Assembly (NCBI GenBank): GCA_934183305.1
Contig: CAKPSF010000003.1
Location: 10,673-74,672 of the forward strand
Length of the DNA stretch: 64,000 bases
Origin: an uncultured Clostridia bacterium
GTDB lineage: Bacteria; Bacillota; Clostridia; TANB77; CAG-508
Direction of reading: 5' to 3'
In this document: positions 9,007-17,770 of the stretch, in pieces
Position numbering within the stretch: position 1 is the stretch's first letter
How the letters are laid out: each line of letters begins with the position of its first letter
The notes under the pieces: model-generated
The model's database searches: none
What the model was told of the DNA's origin: nothing
What the model saw: only the letters and a program-made list of their open reading frames with translations
Program-made: the position numbers and the translations under genes

Positions 9007-9732
9007 TTATTGCTCTTTTAAAATTTTATCTAACCAATTATTATAATAATTCAATTGTTCTTCTGTATGAAAATAATGCTCACCATTTTCTAGTACTGTT
9101 AAATTGCAATTAAAATCTTTTATAAATCTCTCAATTGTTGCTCTATCTTGCATATTGTCTTTATCCCCATACAAAATATACGTTTTTTTATTCCAATTAG
9201 TTATTGGATTGTCCTTAACATATTTATAGTAATCCCAATATAAAGTTTGACCAAAATCTGTTTTAATTTCTTGTTTTTCTTTTAATTTTTCTTCTGTTGT
9301 ATTACTCCATAGCATCATATTATCAATGATGACCTTCATATTAATAACTGGGGATAAGAACACACCTTGTTTAATGTCTTCGTCTTTATATGCTAATAAA
9401 CTAAAATATGCTCCCATGCTACAAGCCCATAAATTTATTTCTTCGTAATTTAACTTTGCATATTCTATAATTTGTTTTAGGTCTTTTACACAATTTTGAA
9501 CTTTGCATAAATATTTATTTTCTTCTTTTCTTTCTCCATGTTCTGGTAAATCGAAACTCAATAATTGGTAACCTTTACTCACTACTTTATCTGCTAATAT
9601 TTTTATAACTTCATCTTCTTTATTAGACATATTTCCATGTACTGCTATAAAAACTTTACTACTTTTTTCTCCCCAAATTATTGATGGAATATTATTTATT
9701 TTTATTCTTTCTATTTTCATTTTTTCCCTCAT
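9007..9732 (-). CDS. Alpha/beta hydrolase
   Basis: HGNMSNKED..., nucleophile elbow ACSMGA (GxSxG), about 240 aa. Confidence 0.7.
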   Translation of the reverse strand: MREKMKIERIKINNIPSIIWGEKSSKVFIAVHGNMSNKEDEVIKILADKVVSKGYQLLSFDLPEHGERKEENKYLCKVQNCVKDLKQIIEYAKLNYEEINLWACSMGAYFSLLAYKDEDIKQGVFLSPVINMKVIIDNMMLWSNTTEEKLKEKQEIKTDFGQTLYWDYYKYVKDNPITNWNKKTYILYGDKDNMQDRATIERFIKDFNCNLTVLENGEHYFHTEEQLNYYNNWLDKILKEQ

Positions 9733-9776
9733 AAATCACTATTTTTCTAACAAACTACATAAATTGTAATTTGTAT

Positions 9777-10574
9777 TTATCTTTTCTTAACAGGAAATTG
9801 AATCTCTGTTAAATAATCTTCTTCATTTTCTTTATTCCAACATCCATCAATATAACATTCTCTCGCATTATCTATTATCTCATATCCATTATCTTCAATG
9901 TATTTTAAAATAATATTATAAGAATCTCTTAAATTATTATAAGCTCCTTTATGATAAATACATACTGCTGTAATAGGATTTGATTTCATAAATTTAACAC
10001 TATCAGTTTCATTTCCTAATTTTTCTACTGCTTGTGCATATCTAATCTTAATATCTTTTTCTTTGTATTCTCCATCTAAATAACTGATATAACAATAATC
10101 TGGGTTTATGCACTTTAAGTTTGGATTTGCTTTTGCACATTCTGTTCCTGCTTGTAAAACAAATTCTGTAATTTTACTAAAATCCTCTATCATTCCATCA
10201 CGATAATAAATAATGTAACTTGGAATGTCTTTGATAAAAATCTCATTTTTCATATTATTTTCCTCCAATAAATAATTTATTTTAGAAAGCTCAATATTAA
10301 AATTAGCAATATTTTTCTCAATTTCATTTTTTCTTTTATTAAGAATTAACGACATATCTTGTCCATCTAAAACTTTTTTAATGTCTTTAATTGATAAACC
10401 TATTTGCCTTAAGGATATTATCTTTGAAATATCAACTAACTGACTACTTTCATAATACCTATAACTCGTATTTTGGTCTATAAAAACAGGTTTTAATAAT
10501 CCTTCTTTTTCATAGTATCTTAATGCCTTTATGGTGGTTTTAGACATTTTAGAAAAATCTCCTATTTTATACAT
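9777..10574 (-). CDS. MerR family regulator with C-terminal GyrI-like/effector-binding domain
   Basis: MYKIGDFSKMSKTTIKALRYYEKEGLL is a MerR HTH; the roughly 150-aa C-terminal domain is BmrR/Mta-like. Start ATG 10574 with RBS GAGGAGG 6 nt upstream; the track start is TTG. Confidence 0.75.
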   Translation of the reverse strand: MYKIGDFSKMSKTTIKALRYYEKEGLLKPVFIDQNTSYRYYESSQLVDISKIISLRQIGLSIKDIKKVLDGQDMSLILNKRKNEIEKNIANFNIELSKINYLLEENNMKNEIFIKDIPSYIIYYRDGMIEDFSKITEFVLQAGTECAKANPNLKCINPDYCYISYLDGEYKEKDIKIRYAQAVEKLGNETDSVKFMKSNPITAVCIYHKGAYNNLRDSYNIILKYIEDNGYEIIDNARECYIDGCWNKENEEDYLTEIQFPVKKR

Positions 10575-10593
10575 ATCTTGCCTCCTCAAATTA

Positions 10594-10624
10594 TTTATAC
10601 AACCTACTCTAAGGGGAGAGTCAA
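10594..10624 (-). promoter_or_regulatory. MerR-type promoter: TTGACT -35, 19-bp spacer with ACTCT/AGAGT dyad, TATAAA -10
   Basis: Read on the minus strand as TTGACTctccccttagagtaggttgTATAAA, directly upstream of the MerR/GyrI gene. The 19-bp spacer is the hallmark of MerR-activated promoters. Confidence 0.45.
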
Positions 10625-10659
10625 TATCTTTTAATGAAATTTTTTAAATTATTAAATTA

Positions 10660-11376
10660 CTATTTTTTCTTTAGAACAATAGCAATAAAGTTTAAATATT
10701 TACATGCTCCTGCTTCAATTGCTTTTCTGTCTCCTTTAGAATATTCATTATCGCATTGTATCCAGTCATTCCAACATTCTTCATTACTTTCCATTTGATA
10801 AATAGAAATAATCTCACTATCCTTTGATTTTGAAACAATATTTTTCCAGTAGTCCACATCATGAATGTAGTCTAATTGTTCAGGTGTCCAAGATAAAAGT
10901 AGCTCTTTTGGAATATTATTATGGCAGTCTTTTTTCATTCCAGGAACTGCAATATATATATATCCTCCTTTTTTAACAAAAGGTAAAAGCTTTTCGTCTA
11001 GGTATTTTTCATCTCTTCCAAAGTAGTTATAAGAATCTGTGCTAACTACTGCATCAAAAAATTCTTTTTCAAACTTTAAGTCTGTTGCATCTGCTTTAAC
11101 AGGAATAATTTGCTTATCTGTTAATCCCATCTCAGTAAAAAATTTTCTATTTTCTTCGGGATCACTCCATAAATCTGCAGCATACACTTTAAATCCATAT
11201 TCTCTGGCTAGAAAAATAGATGTAATTCCTTGACCGCTTCCTAAATCCATAACAACAGAATCTTTTTCTATTTTATTGTCTTTCATAAGTTCTTCTTCTA
11301 ATTTTAATGGGTTAGGCCCCATAATTTTTTGGTTTATTATATCAATGTTATACTTTTTAGTTTTCTCATAATTCAT
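10660..11376 (-). CDS. Class I SAM-dependent methyltransferase
   Basis: Motif I VMDLGSGQGITSIFLA, acidic residue AADL, about 240 aa. Confidence 0.75.
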   Translation of the reverse strand: MNYEKTKKYNIDIINQKIMGPNPLKLEEELMKDNKIEKDSVVMDLGSGQGITSIFLAREYGFKVYAADLWSDPEENRKFFTEMGLTDKQIIPVKADATDLKFEKEFFDAVVSTDSYNYFGRDEKYLDEKLLPFVKKGGYIYIAVPGMKKDCHNNIPKELLLSWTPEQLDYIHDVDYWKNIVSKSKDSEIISIYQMESNEECWNDWIQCDNEYSKGDRKAIEAGACKYLNFIAIVLKKK

Positions 11377-11431
11377 TTTTCATATTCTCCTTTATTATAT
11401 TACTCTTCATCTTTAATAATATTTTTACTTC

Positions 11432-11632
11432 CTATATATCTATGTTTAAGGTTGCAACTTCGCTATTTTCAAAATTTATTGTTTCTATTTGGTCTGTCAC
11501 TTTTTTATGTTTTAATCCTAAAGCACTTGCCAGACCATAAACACCTTTTAATATAGCAGATATTATAGTAATTATAAGAAAAATTGCAAAAGCTGTTGCT
11601 ATATATTTTATTATTTTTTGTGCTCTTGTCAT
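11432..11632 (-). CDS. Small membrane protein (66 aa)
   Basis: One TM (IATAFAIFLIITIISAIL). Its start overlaps the stop of the upstream LiaF-like gene. Confidence 0.35.
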   Translation of the reverse strand: MTRAQKIIKYIATAFAIFLIITIISAILKGVYGLASALGLKHKKVTDQIETINFENSEVATLNIDI

Positions 11633-12312
11633 TTTATTTCAATACCTCCAAATACCGCTGTACCATTTATATAAATTGTATGGCTATTTTCGTCTGCTTT
11701 TGTATTTGCTTTATTTTCTACTCCACCAAATATAGGCATTGATTTAATTTTAATTTTTACATTTGAAGGTACACGAATTTCTATTCCTCCAAATGTACTA
11801 CTTGCATTAATAACAACATCTGACTCTATAATTGCATTTCTTAAATCACATTTAACTCCACCAAATACTGCTGTTAAATCTGCTCCTGTAAATTTTTCTT
11901 CATCAAATTTTACATTTTGGCTTGCAAATGTTGCACAATATGAATTTTCTCCATTTCTTTTTTCGTTTAATTTCTTTATTTCAGCACTTACTTTTCCACC
12001 TAATGTATCTTTAAAAATAATTGATAAACCAATTATAACTAAAATAGTTGGAAATGCCAATTTCAATATTAAATCAAAATCTAAAATATTTTGACATCCT
12101 AAAAGCAAGGCTACACCAATTAATAATCCAATTAAATTTCCTGTTTTCTCATTATCTCTAAATAAGCCTATAAAACATGGTATGATAATAAAAAGCGTCC
12201 ACCATCCATCAAAAAATATATTAATATTTGTTATACCTAGCGCATTTCCTCCAAATATTACTCCTATAATTATTAAAACTACTCCCCACAATATGTTACT
12301 AAAATTTTTCAT
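11629..12312 (-). CDS. LiaF-like protein (N-terminal LiaF-type TM domain plus C-terminal DUF2154/toast-rack domain)
   Basis: Two or three N-terminal TM helices, then the repeating FGG(V/I)E pattern (TAVFGGVKCD, STFGGIEIR, MPIFGGVE, TAVFGGIEIK) typical of LiaF/YvqF C-domains. Confidence 0.5.
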   Translation of the reverse strand: MKNFSNILWGVVLIIIGVIFGGNALGITNINIFFDGWWTLFIIIPCFIGLFRDNEKTGNLIGLLIGVALLLGCQNILDFDLILKLAFPTILVIIGLSIIFKDTLGGKVSAEIKKLNEKRNGENSYCATFASQNVKFDEEKFTGADLTAVFGGVKCDLRNAIIESDVVINASSTFGGIEIRVPSNVKIKIKSMPIFGGVENKANTKADENSHTIYINGTAVFGGIEIK

Positions 12313-12419
12313 TTTTAATTTTCCTCCTTTTTATTTAACATATATTTGTTATCTTTTTCTTCCAATAGCATTAAAGCTTGAAATTCATATGATAATAAAT
12401 CTTGTATTTGTGTTTATTT

Positions 12420-13343
12420 TTAAGCTACAAATGAATCTGGTTTTTGAGCTCTTGGAGTTTTATAATAAGTTTCACTATAATCTGGTATAAAATCTTTAAT
12501 AGGTATTAATGTATAGTCTTTTAATATTACATATTTATATGTAAATGTTAATACTTCGTCATAATATTTACTCATAAGTTCACTTTTCATTGTTGTTGTA
12601 GTTGGTCCATTGCCTGTATAATAACTATATATTTCATAAAAGCCTTTGTCTGTTTTTAATATTTTTTCATTATATATTCTAATTATTTTTTCTCCTTCAA
12701 AGTTTCCTTTTACTTCTGTTAAATTAGCTGGTTTTTCATAATCATGTACATATAATTTATTATCTTTTACAATTAATTCATTCGCAACAAAATCATAAGA
12801 TTGTTTTTTTCCAAGATAAAGCTCTGAATATGATTCTATATAACTCTTTTGAAATTTGTATTTTGCTAATGTATAGCTTTCATAAGATGTTCCAGCTCTT
12901 TTATTATCAAGATTTTCGTCATATAATTTATATATTGTATCCTTTGTATCTACAAATTCTATATCTGCTCCCAAACTTGGTTTTATATTTAGTATTTTTA
13001 TATTGCTTGGAACATCATATACTTTTTGATATATAAAGTTTCCTTCATTTAGTTTGTTTGCATCAAAAATATACAAGCCATTATTTGTAGTAAAAGTATA
13101 TTCTGTAAACATTGATTCCTGATTTAAAATTTCTGCTCCACTACTAATTTTTTTATAACTATTTACATCTTTATTATTTTTTTGCGCAACTGCTTCTACC
13201 AAATTTTGTGGTTCTTTGTTAACAGATGTTGTTTTATTTTGTTTTTTATTTGATGAAATTAAAATAACAAATGTAACAACTAAAATTAAAACTAAAATTA
13301 CTATTCCAAATATTATCTTCTTATTTTTAAAAAAATCTTTCAT
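12420..13343 (-). CDS. Hypothetical membrane-anchored protein (307 aa)
   Basis: N-terminal TM anchor IIFGIVILVLILVVTFVILI, followed by a Tyr/Lys-rich extracellular region. Confidence 0.4.
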   Translation of the reverse strand: MKDFFKNKKIIFGIVILVLILVVTFVILISSNKKQNKTTSVNKEPQNLVEAVAQKNNKDVNSYKKISSGAEILNQESMFTEYTFTTNNGLYIFDANKLNEGNFIYQKVYDVPSNIKILNIKPSLGADIEFVDTKDTIYKLYDENLDNKRAGTSYESYTLAKYKFQKSYIESYSELYLGKKQSYDFVANELIVKDNKLYVHDYEKPANLTEVKGNFEGEKIIRIYNEKILKTDKGFYEIYSYYTGNGPTTTTMKSELMSKYYDEVLTFTYKYVILKDYTLIPIKDFIPDYSETYYKTPRAQKPDSFVA

Positions 13344-13391
13344 ACTAATTAATCCCCTTATTTTTTATAATTATATTTTTGTTACTACTTA

Positions 13392-13745
13392 TTAATCAAA
13401 TTGTGTTTGCCAGTTTTCATTATTAGAAGCTTCAAAACACATTTTAATCTGTTCTTTACTTGTTTTTTCTTCTGCTAAGTTAGTTGGTAGTTCTTCTAAT
13501 GAAAAGTATTTTATTTCAGTTGTTTCAATATTTTCAACAAATTTTCCACCAACAACATTGCATAAAACAAATACTTTGCATATGCCATAAGCATATTGTG
13601 GTTTATTATGTTTGTTCCTATCTTGGATAGCAATTATTTTTACTGTTTCAATATCTAGTCCTGTTTCTTCCTTTACTTCTTTTATTGTATTTCCATTGCT
13701 CATTTTAACCATTTTTCCATTTTCATAACCTCTAACCTTACTCAT
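13392..13745 (-). CDS. N-terminally truncated NUDIX paralog (possible pseudogene)
   Basis: Retains only the distal Nudix box (TIKEVKEETGLDIE) and the C-terminal half. There is no GGxxExGE, and the upstream in-frame extension is blocked by the stop of the preceding gene 8 nt away. Confidence 0.4.
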   Translation of the reverse strand: MSKVRGYENGKMVKMSNGNTIKEVKEETGLDIETVKIIAIQDRNKHNKPQYAYGICKVFVLCNVVGGKFVENIETTEIKYFSLEELPTNLAEEKTSKEQIKMCFEASNNENWQTQFD

Positions 13746-13753
13746 TTCATAAA

Positions 13754-14170
13754 TTAACTTTTTGTATCACATTTTAAGAACTCTTTAATTTGCCTTATTA
13801 TATGAGGAATATTATAGTTTCCAGCAAACTTATCATTATTTAGCAAACCATCGTCAATTTTAACCCATTCTAATTTGTTTTTTTCTTCTACTAATTTAAC
13901 TTCATTTTCTAGAATACCATAATATACTTGTAAATTGTTTTCATATTTAAAATAATTTAAATCCATAAAATGATCTAACTTAATATCAGTATTACTGATT
14001 CCAGTTTCCTCAAATAACTCCCTATAAGCTGCATTATCATTGCTTTCTCCTTCTTCTACTTTTCCTCCAACGAAGTTATACATTCCTTTATATGGTTCTT
14101 TTGCCCTTATACAAAAAAGGCAATCACTTAAATCTTTATTAAATACAACTATTAAATTTAGTTTTCTCAT
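13754..14170 (-). CDS. NUDIX hydrolase
   Basis: Complete Nudix box GGKVEEGESNDNAAYRELFEETGI. ATG start with GAGGT RBS. Confidence 0.8.
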   Translation of the reverse strand: MRKLNLIVVFNKDLSDCLFCIRAKEPYKGMYNFVGGKVEEGESNDNAAYRELFEETGISNTDIKLDHFMDLNYFKYENNLQVYYGILENEVKLVEEKNKLEWVKIDDGLLNNDKFAGNYNIPHIIRQIKEFLKCDTKS

Positions 14171-14206
14171 AATGTTTTACCTCAAATTTTATTTTATAAC
14201 AAATTA

Positions 14207-14235
14207 TTTATAACATAAATTTAATTATTTATCAA
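14207..14235 (-). promoter_or_regulatory. Sigma-A promoter TTGATA-17-TATAAA for the NUDIX pair
   Basis: Read on the minus strand as TTGATAaataattaaatttatgtTATAAA, about 30 nt upstream of the NUDIX RBS. Confidence 0.45.
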
Positions 14236-14247
14236 TTAGCATTTTAT

Positions 14248-14284
14248 ATATTTTAAAAATACTACCAGTAAAACTGATAGTATT
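14248..14284 (-). terminator. Hairpin/terminator between the GMK-like gene and the NUDIX promoter
   Basis: On the minus strand: AATACTA-tcagttttactgg-TAGTATT (7-bp stem) followed by UUUUAAAAUAU. Confidence 0.35.
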
Positions 14285-14304
14285 CTATTTAAAGCTTTTA
14301 TTTT

Positions 14305-14751
14305 TCAAACATCTTTTTTTATTTTTTCTAATATTTCCTGAGGTGAATATTCAGACGTATTAATTACTAGATTTGCTGAATCTGGTATATATATTGAGTC
14401 ACCAGAAGTTATCCTGCAATTAATTTCATCTTCATCAATTCCCCTTGCTAATAACCGTTTATATGTTTCTTCCTTTGAGCACCATAAATGTACCCAACAA
14501 GTAGAAGGACAAATACTTACAATTTTCTTGGCAATTGTAATTGATACTGGAGATGCACAATACCCACTTTTATTTAGGCAATCTAACCAAGATTTCGGCG
14601 TTCCATAATATTGTCCTAAATTTTTAAGTAGTGCAAATTCAAGAGATGGTTCTAGATACTCATTTTTATTAAAATTTTCAATAAATTGTTTGGTATTAAT
14701 AAAAATAGCATCTATTCCATTCCGCTCTCCTTTTCTTGGTTTTCTAGTCAT
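14305..14751 (-). CDS. Guanylate-kinase-like domain protein lacking the P-loop
   Basis: MTRKPRKGERNGIDAIFI aligns with Gmk TTRxPRxGExDGxDYxFV (the post-P-loop region). YYGTPKSWLDCLNKSGYCASPVSI aligns with YYGTSKEAVEEVLASGKDVILDI. RLLARGIDEDEINCRI aligns with RLxxRGxDSEEVIxKR. The first in-frame start is this ATG, with a TGA 10 codons upstream. There is no GxxGxGKS and no obvious SD. Confidence 0.55.
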   Translation of the reverse strand: MTRKPRKGERNGIDAIFINTKQFIENFNKNEYLEPSLEFALLKNLGQYYGTPKSWLDCLNKSGYCASPVSITIAKKIVSICPSTCWVHLWCSKEETYKRLLARGIDEDEINCRITSGDSIYIPDSANLVINTSEYSPQEILEKIKKDV

Positions 14752-14790
14752 GTGAGAAAGATTTATATAAATATATATCTTTCAATTTAT

Positions 14791-16215
14791 TTAACTTATT
14801 TTTTTCTTTAACTCTTCAATTAATTTGCTATCAAAATTCCTTTTTTCTTCATCTGACATTTCATCCCAATTTTTTCTTCTATTATTAGATTCAAACACCG
14901 CTCCCAATGGATAACCTGTTCCATTATATTCTTTATTTAAGTTTTCTTTATTTAAACGTCCATTATTTATATTTTTTATTAATTTAGTTTCACCATTTGG
15001 AAATGCAATTGCTATGTTTTGTTCAAAGTGGCATGTATAATCTTTTAAATTTTTAGTCTTTTCTTTTAAATAATTCCAAAATTGCTCATTTGTTGCATTA
15101 TCTGGAAGCTGTCCTCCCCATCTTCTGGTTGCTACACCTGGCTCACCTTTTAATTCGTGAATAAAGAATCCGGTATCATCTCCGATAGTAATAAGCCCAC
15201 TTATTCCACACCATGTTCTAGCTTTTGCAATAGAATTTTCTTCAATTGATGTTGTTCCTTCAATTACATCAATATCATCTTCGTAATCTTTTAATGTTAA
15301 AGTTTCATATTCATCACCCAAATATAATTTATAATCAGCTATTTTAGATGGATTTTTGGAAGCAATTAATATTTTCTTTTTATTTGCAGGTAATATAATT
15401 GGGCAAAACCTTTTTTTAATATATTTTGAATATTCATCTAAATTTTCAAAATATGGTACTGATATAAGTAATTTTAAATTAAAATTTAAATTGTCTTTAA
15501 TTTTATTCAAAATTATTCGTTCATTATCCATTCTCTTTGATATTGTAATTTTTCCCATATCTTTTGAATCTCTTACAAATAAAAGCCATGGTTCTATTCT
15601 TCTTTCCAATAAAGTTTCCACGCCACTTTGGATAGTTTTTGTTTTTATGTACTCCCCATTATAAGAGGCTTCGCTTAACAAAATAACTTTAGATAAGCCT
15701 TCACTTTTTAACCTTTGAATCATAGGTGTAAATATAGGATCAACCTCTGGGTCTGTAATTAATCCTCCAATTTCAATAAATAGTTTTGAAGGTTTTCCAA
15801 TATTGCTCCACATTTTATGTATTCTATACTCAACATATAATGACATGTGAGGATTTATTTGAAGATTTTCGTTTTCACCATATTCATTTATAAAATCACG
15901 GTATAGTTCTCCTCCTAATAAATAATGTTCTCTTCCCCATGTTTTTCCTTTATTGTATTTCTCGTAAATGCCGAAATCATCATGTCCAATAGCCGTATGT
16001 CTACCATTTGCATTTGTATTTAATAAACCATCAAACTTTATTGCATCAGAGCCTTCTGTATTTGCAAGTAATTGAGCAACTAAAGTTCCTTTTCCAATAT
16101 CGGATCTTGGGTATCCTAGTACAAAATAATATTCAATATTTTCGTTAGGTTTATACATTTCTATTAAATTATTTAATTGTCTAATTGTTTTTCTGTTTTC
16201 ATAAACTCCACTCAT
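14791..16215 (-). CDS. Fusion protein: CTP-synthase N-terminal (synthetase/amidoligase) domain homolog plus divergent Ham1/ITPase-like domain; no glutamine amidotransferase domain
   Basis: Residues 30-270: [23 protein letters not shown] aligns with PyrG [37 protein letters not shown] aligns with [21 protein letters not shown] aligns with VVLVEIGGTVGDIE. Residues 280-474: [13 protein letters not shown] aligns with RdgB KVVLATGNVGKV, and IAKARTW...[25 protein letters not shown] aligns with ILKARHA...[24 protein letters not shown]. No GATase Cys/His motif anywhere. ATG start with RBS AAAGGAG. Confidence 0.55.
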   Translation of the reverse strand: [474 protein letters not shown]

Positions 16216-16326
16216 ATTCAGACAACTCCTTTATGAAAAAAATTTGTTTATATATTTTACCACGTTTTTTCTTCATAATATGTCGAAACATGTTTTGTTT
16301 AATTTTATTTTTAAATTATGTTTCTG

Positions 16327-17310
16327 TTAGTTTTCTATAAATTTTTGAGTTATAAATATTTTATCTAATGTATTTTGCTTAGCATTATTTATTATAACTT
16401 GTATAACATAACTTAAGTTTCTTTCAATATATTCTTGTAAGTCTTTTTTATCTACTATTGCATCTTCACAAATTTCTTTATAAGCCTTGATAATTATTTT
16501 CTCTATCTCTTCTTTTTTCTTATTTTTTAATAGTTTATTAATTTCATTTAATTCAAAACCAGTAATTTCTAAATCGTATATATTTCTTTTTGCTAGTTTA
16601 CAAGCAATTACTTCAAATAAAACTATCTCAAAAATATTTATAATTAGGTCTTTATAATCTTCACTATAAGCATATAATAATCGTTCTATTTTTTCACTTA
16701 AAAAAATATTACAGAATTCGTTTTCTAAATAAATAGAATATACATATTCTTTTATAAATTCTACCCCATCTAGCTTTCCTAGCAAATTATTATATAGTGG
16801 ATAATCAGCAGTAATTTTCATATCATGTGCTTTAAAGTCTGGGTTATATATTTTCAAAAAACCTTGTATTCCTCCAATAATTGTATCGTTATAGGTTTGA
16901 TTATTGGTTTTTAATTTATTTTGTTTCACTTTTGCATATATTACCCTAATTATATTTAACATTCTATCTATCTGCTTTCTTCCGTTGTAATAAAGTTCAT
17001 TTAAATTACTCTTTTTTATTTTTTCTAATGCTGCATCAGGATTATTAAAAGTTTTAAGATACATACTAATAGTGTAATAATTTGATTTATTTATTTCTTC
17101 TACAACTTCTTTTCGTACCGAACTATTATCTATTCCATTGTATTTATATATTTTTTCATCCAATAGCTGTATAATATTCATTTGTAGATTTATAATTTCA
17201 TTTTCTGTAATCATTCCATTATTGTATGCATCTTTAATTAAACTTTCAAAATAATCTTTGTCATCTAAATTCGACCTGTTAATTTTACTTTTAATTTCAA
17301 GTTTATTCAT
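16327..17310 (-). CDS. Hypothetical protein (327 aa) of a Firmicutes two-gene DUF pair
   Basis: No recognisable catalytic motif. Start re-assigned to ATG 17310 (the track start is GTG at 17319). It overlaps the stop of the upstream 17303.. gene by 8 nt, which suggests translational coupling. Confidence 0.4.
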   Translation of the reverse strand: MNKLEIKSKINRSNLDDKDYFESLIKDAYNNGMITENEIINLQMNIIQLLDEKIYKYNGIDNSSVRKEVVEEINKSNYYTISMYLKTFNNPDAALEKIKKSNLNELYYNGRKQIDRMLNIIRVIYAKVKQNKLKTNNQTYNDTIIGGIQGFLKIYNPDFKAHDMKITADYPLYNNLLGKLDGVEFIKEYVYSIYLENEFCNIFLSEKIERLLYAYSEDYKDLIINIFEIVLFEVIACKLAKRNIYDLEITGFELNEINKLLKNKKKEEIEKIIIKAYKEICEDAIVDKKDLQEYIERNLSYVIQVIINNAKQNTLDKIFITQKFIEN

Positions 17311-17770
17311 AGTCTTCACCTACTTCTATATAATCTATTACTTCTCCATTTAATATTCTCTGTTTCATCTCATACATAATTGTTCCAGATAGATACTCTG
17401 TATCTCCTTTACACACACCATTAAAAGCTGTTTTCATAAATTTTATCAATTCATCATCTGTAACTAAATCCATCGTTTCATTTTTATATTCATAAAAAAT
17501 ATCTAATAAATTATATAAAGTTAACACATAGTTTTCTTGATTAATATATGGTGAATCGCAAAACTCTTTTATAATTTTATCTATTATTCCAGTTCTAAAC
17601 TCAATTCTCCCTGTATTTTTCAATATATCTATTCTTTTTTCCATTAAACTTTCTATTTGTGTATCACTTAGTGTTAAACCATACTTATTAGTGAATTCAT
17701 TACACTTTTTTATATTAGCTACTTCAATTTGTCTTTTGTTATTTATTATTTCTAAATAAGAATTTTCCAC
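17303..17770 (-). CDS. Hypothetical protein (about 155 aa), first gene of the DUF pair
   Basis: GTG start either way: 17770 is preferred because AGAGGTG lies 6 nt upstream, while 17779 abuts the RBS. No known motif. Confidence 0.35.
   Translation of the reverse strand: MENSYLEIINNKRQIEVANIKKCNEFTNKYGLTLSDTQIESLMEKRIDILKNTGRIEFRTGIIDKIIKEFCDSPYINQENYVLTLYNLLDIFYEYKNETMDLVTDDELIKFMKTAFNGVCKGDTEYLSGTIMYEMKQRILNGEVIDYIEVGEDYE

Noticed and set aside
14305-14751. Calling this gene gmk (guanylate kinase)
   Set aside because: No P-loop (GxxGxGKS) is encoded and none can be added upstream, because a stop lies 10 codons before the ATG. It cannot be a functional kinase by the canonical mechanism.
14791-16215. 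Calling this gene pyrG (CTP synthase)
   Set aside because: The glutamine-amidotransferase domain is entirely absent and replaced by a Ham1-like domain. At 474 aa it is shorter than the roughly 535 aa of PyrG, and the catalytic-site context differs.
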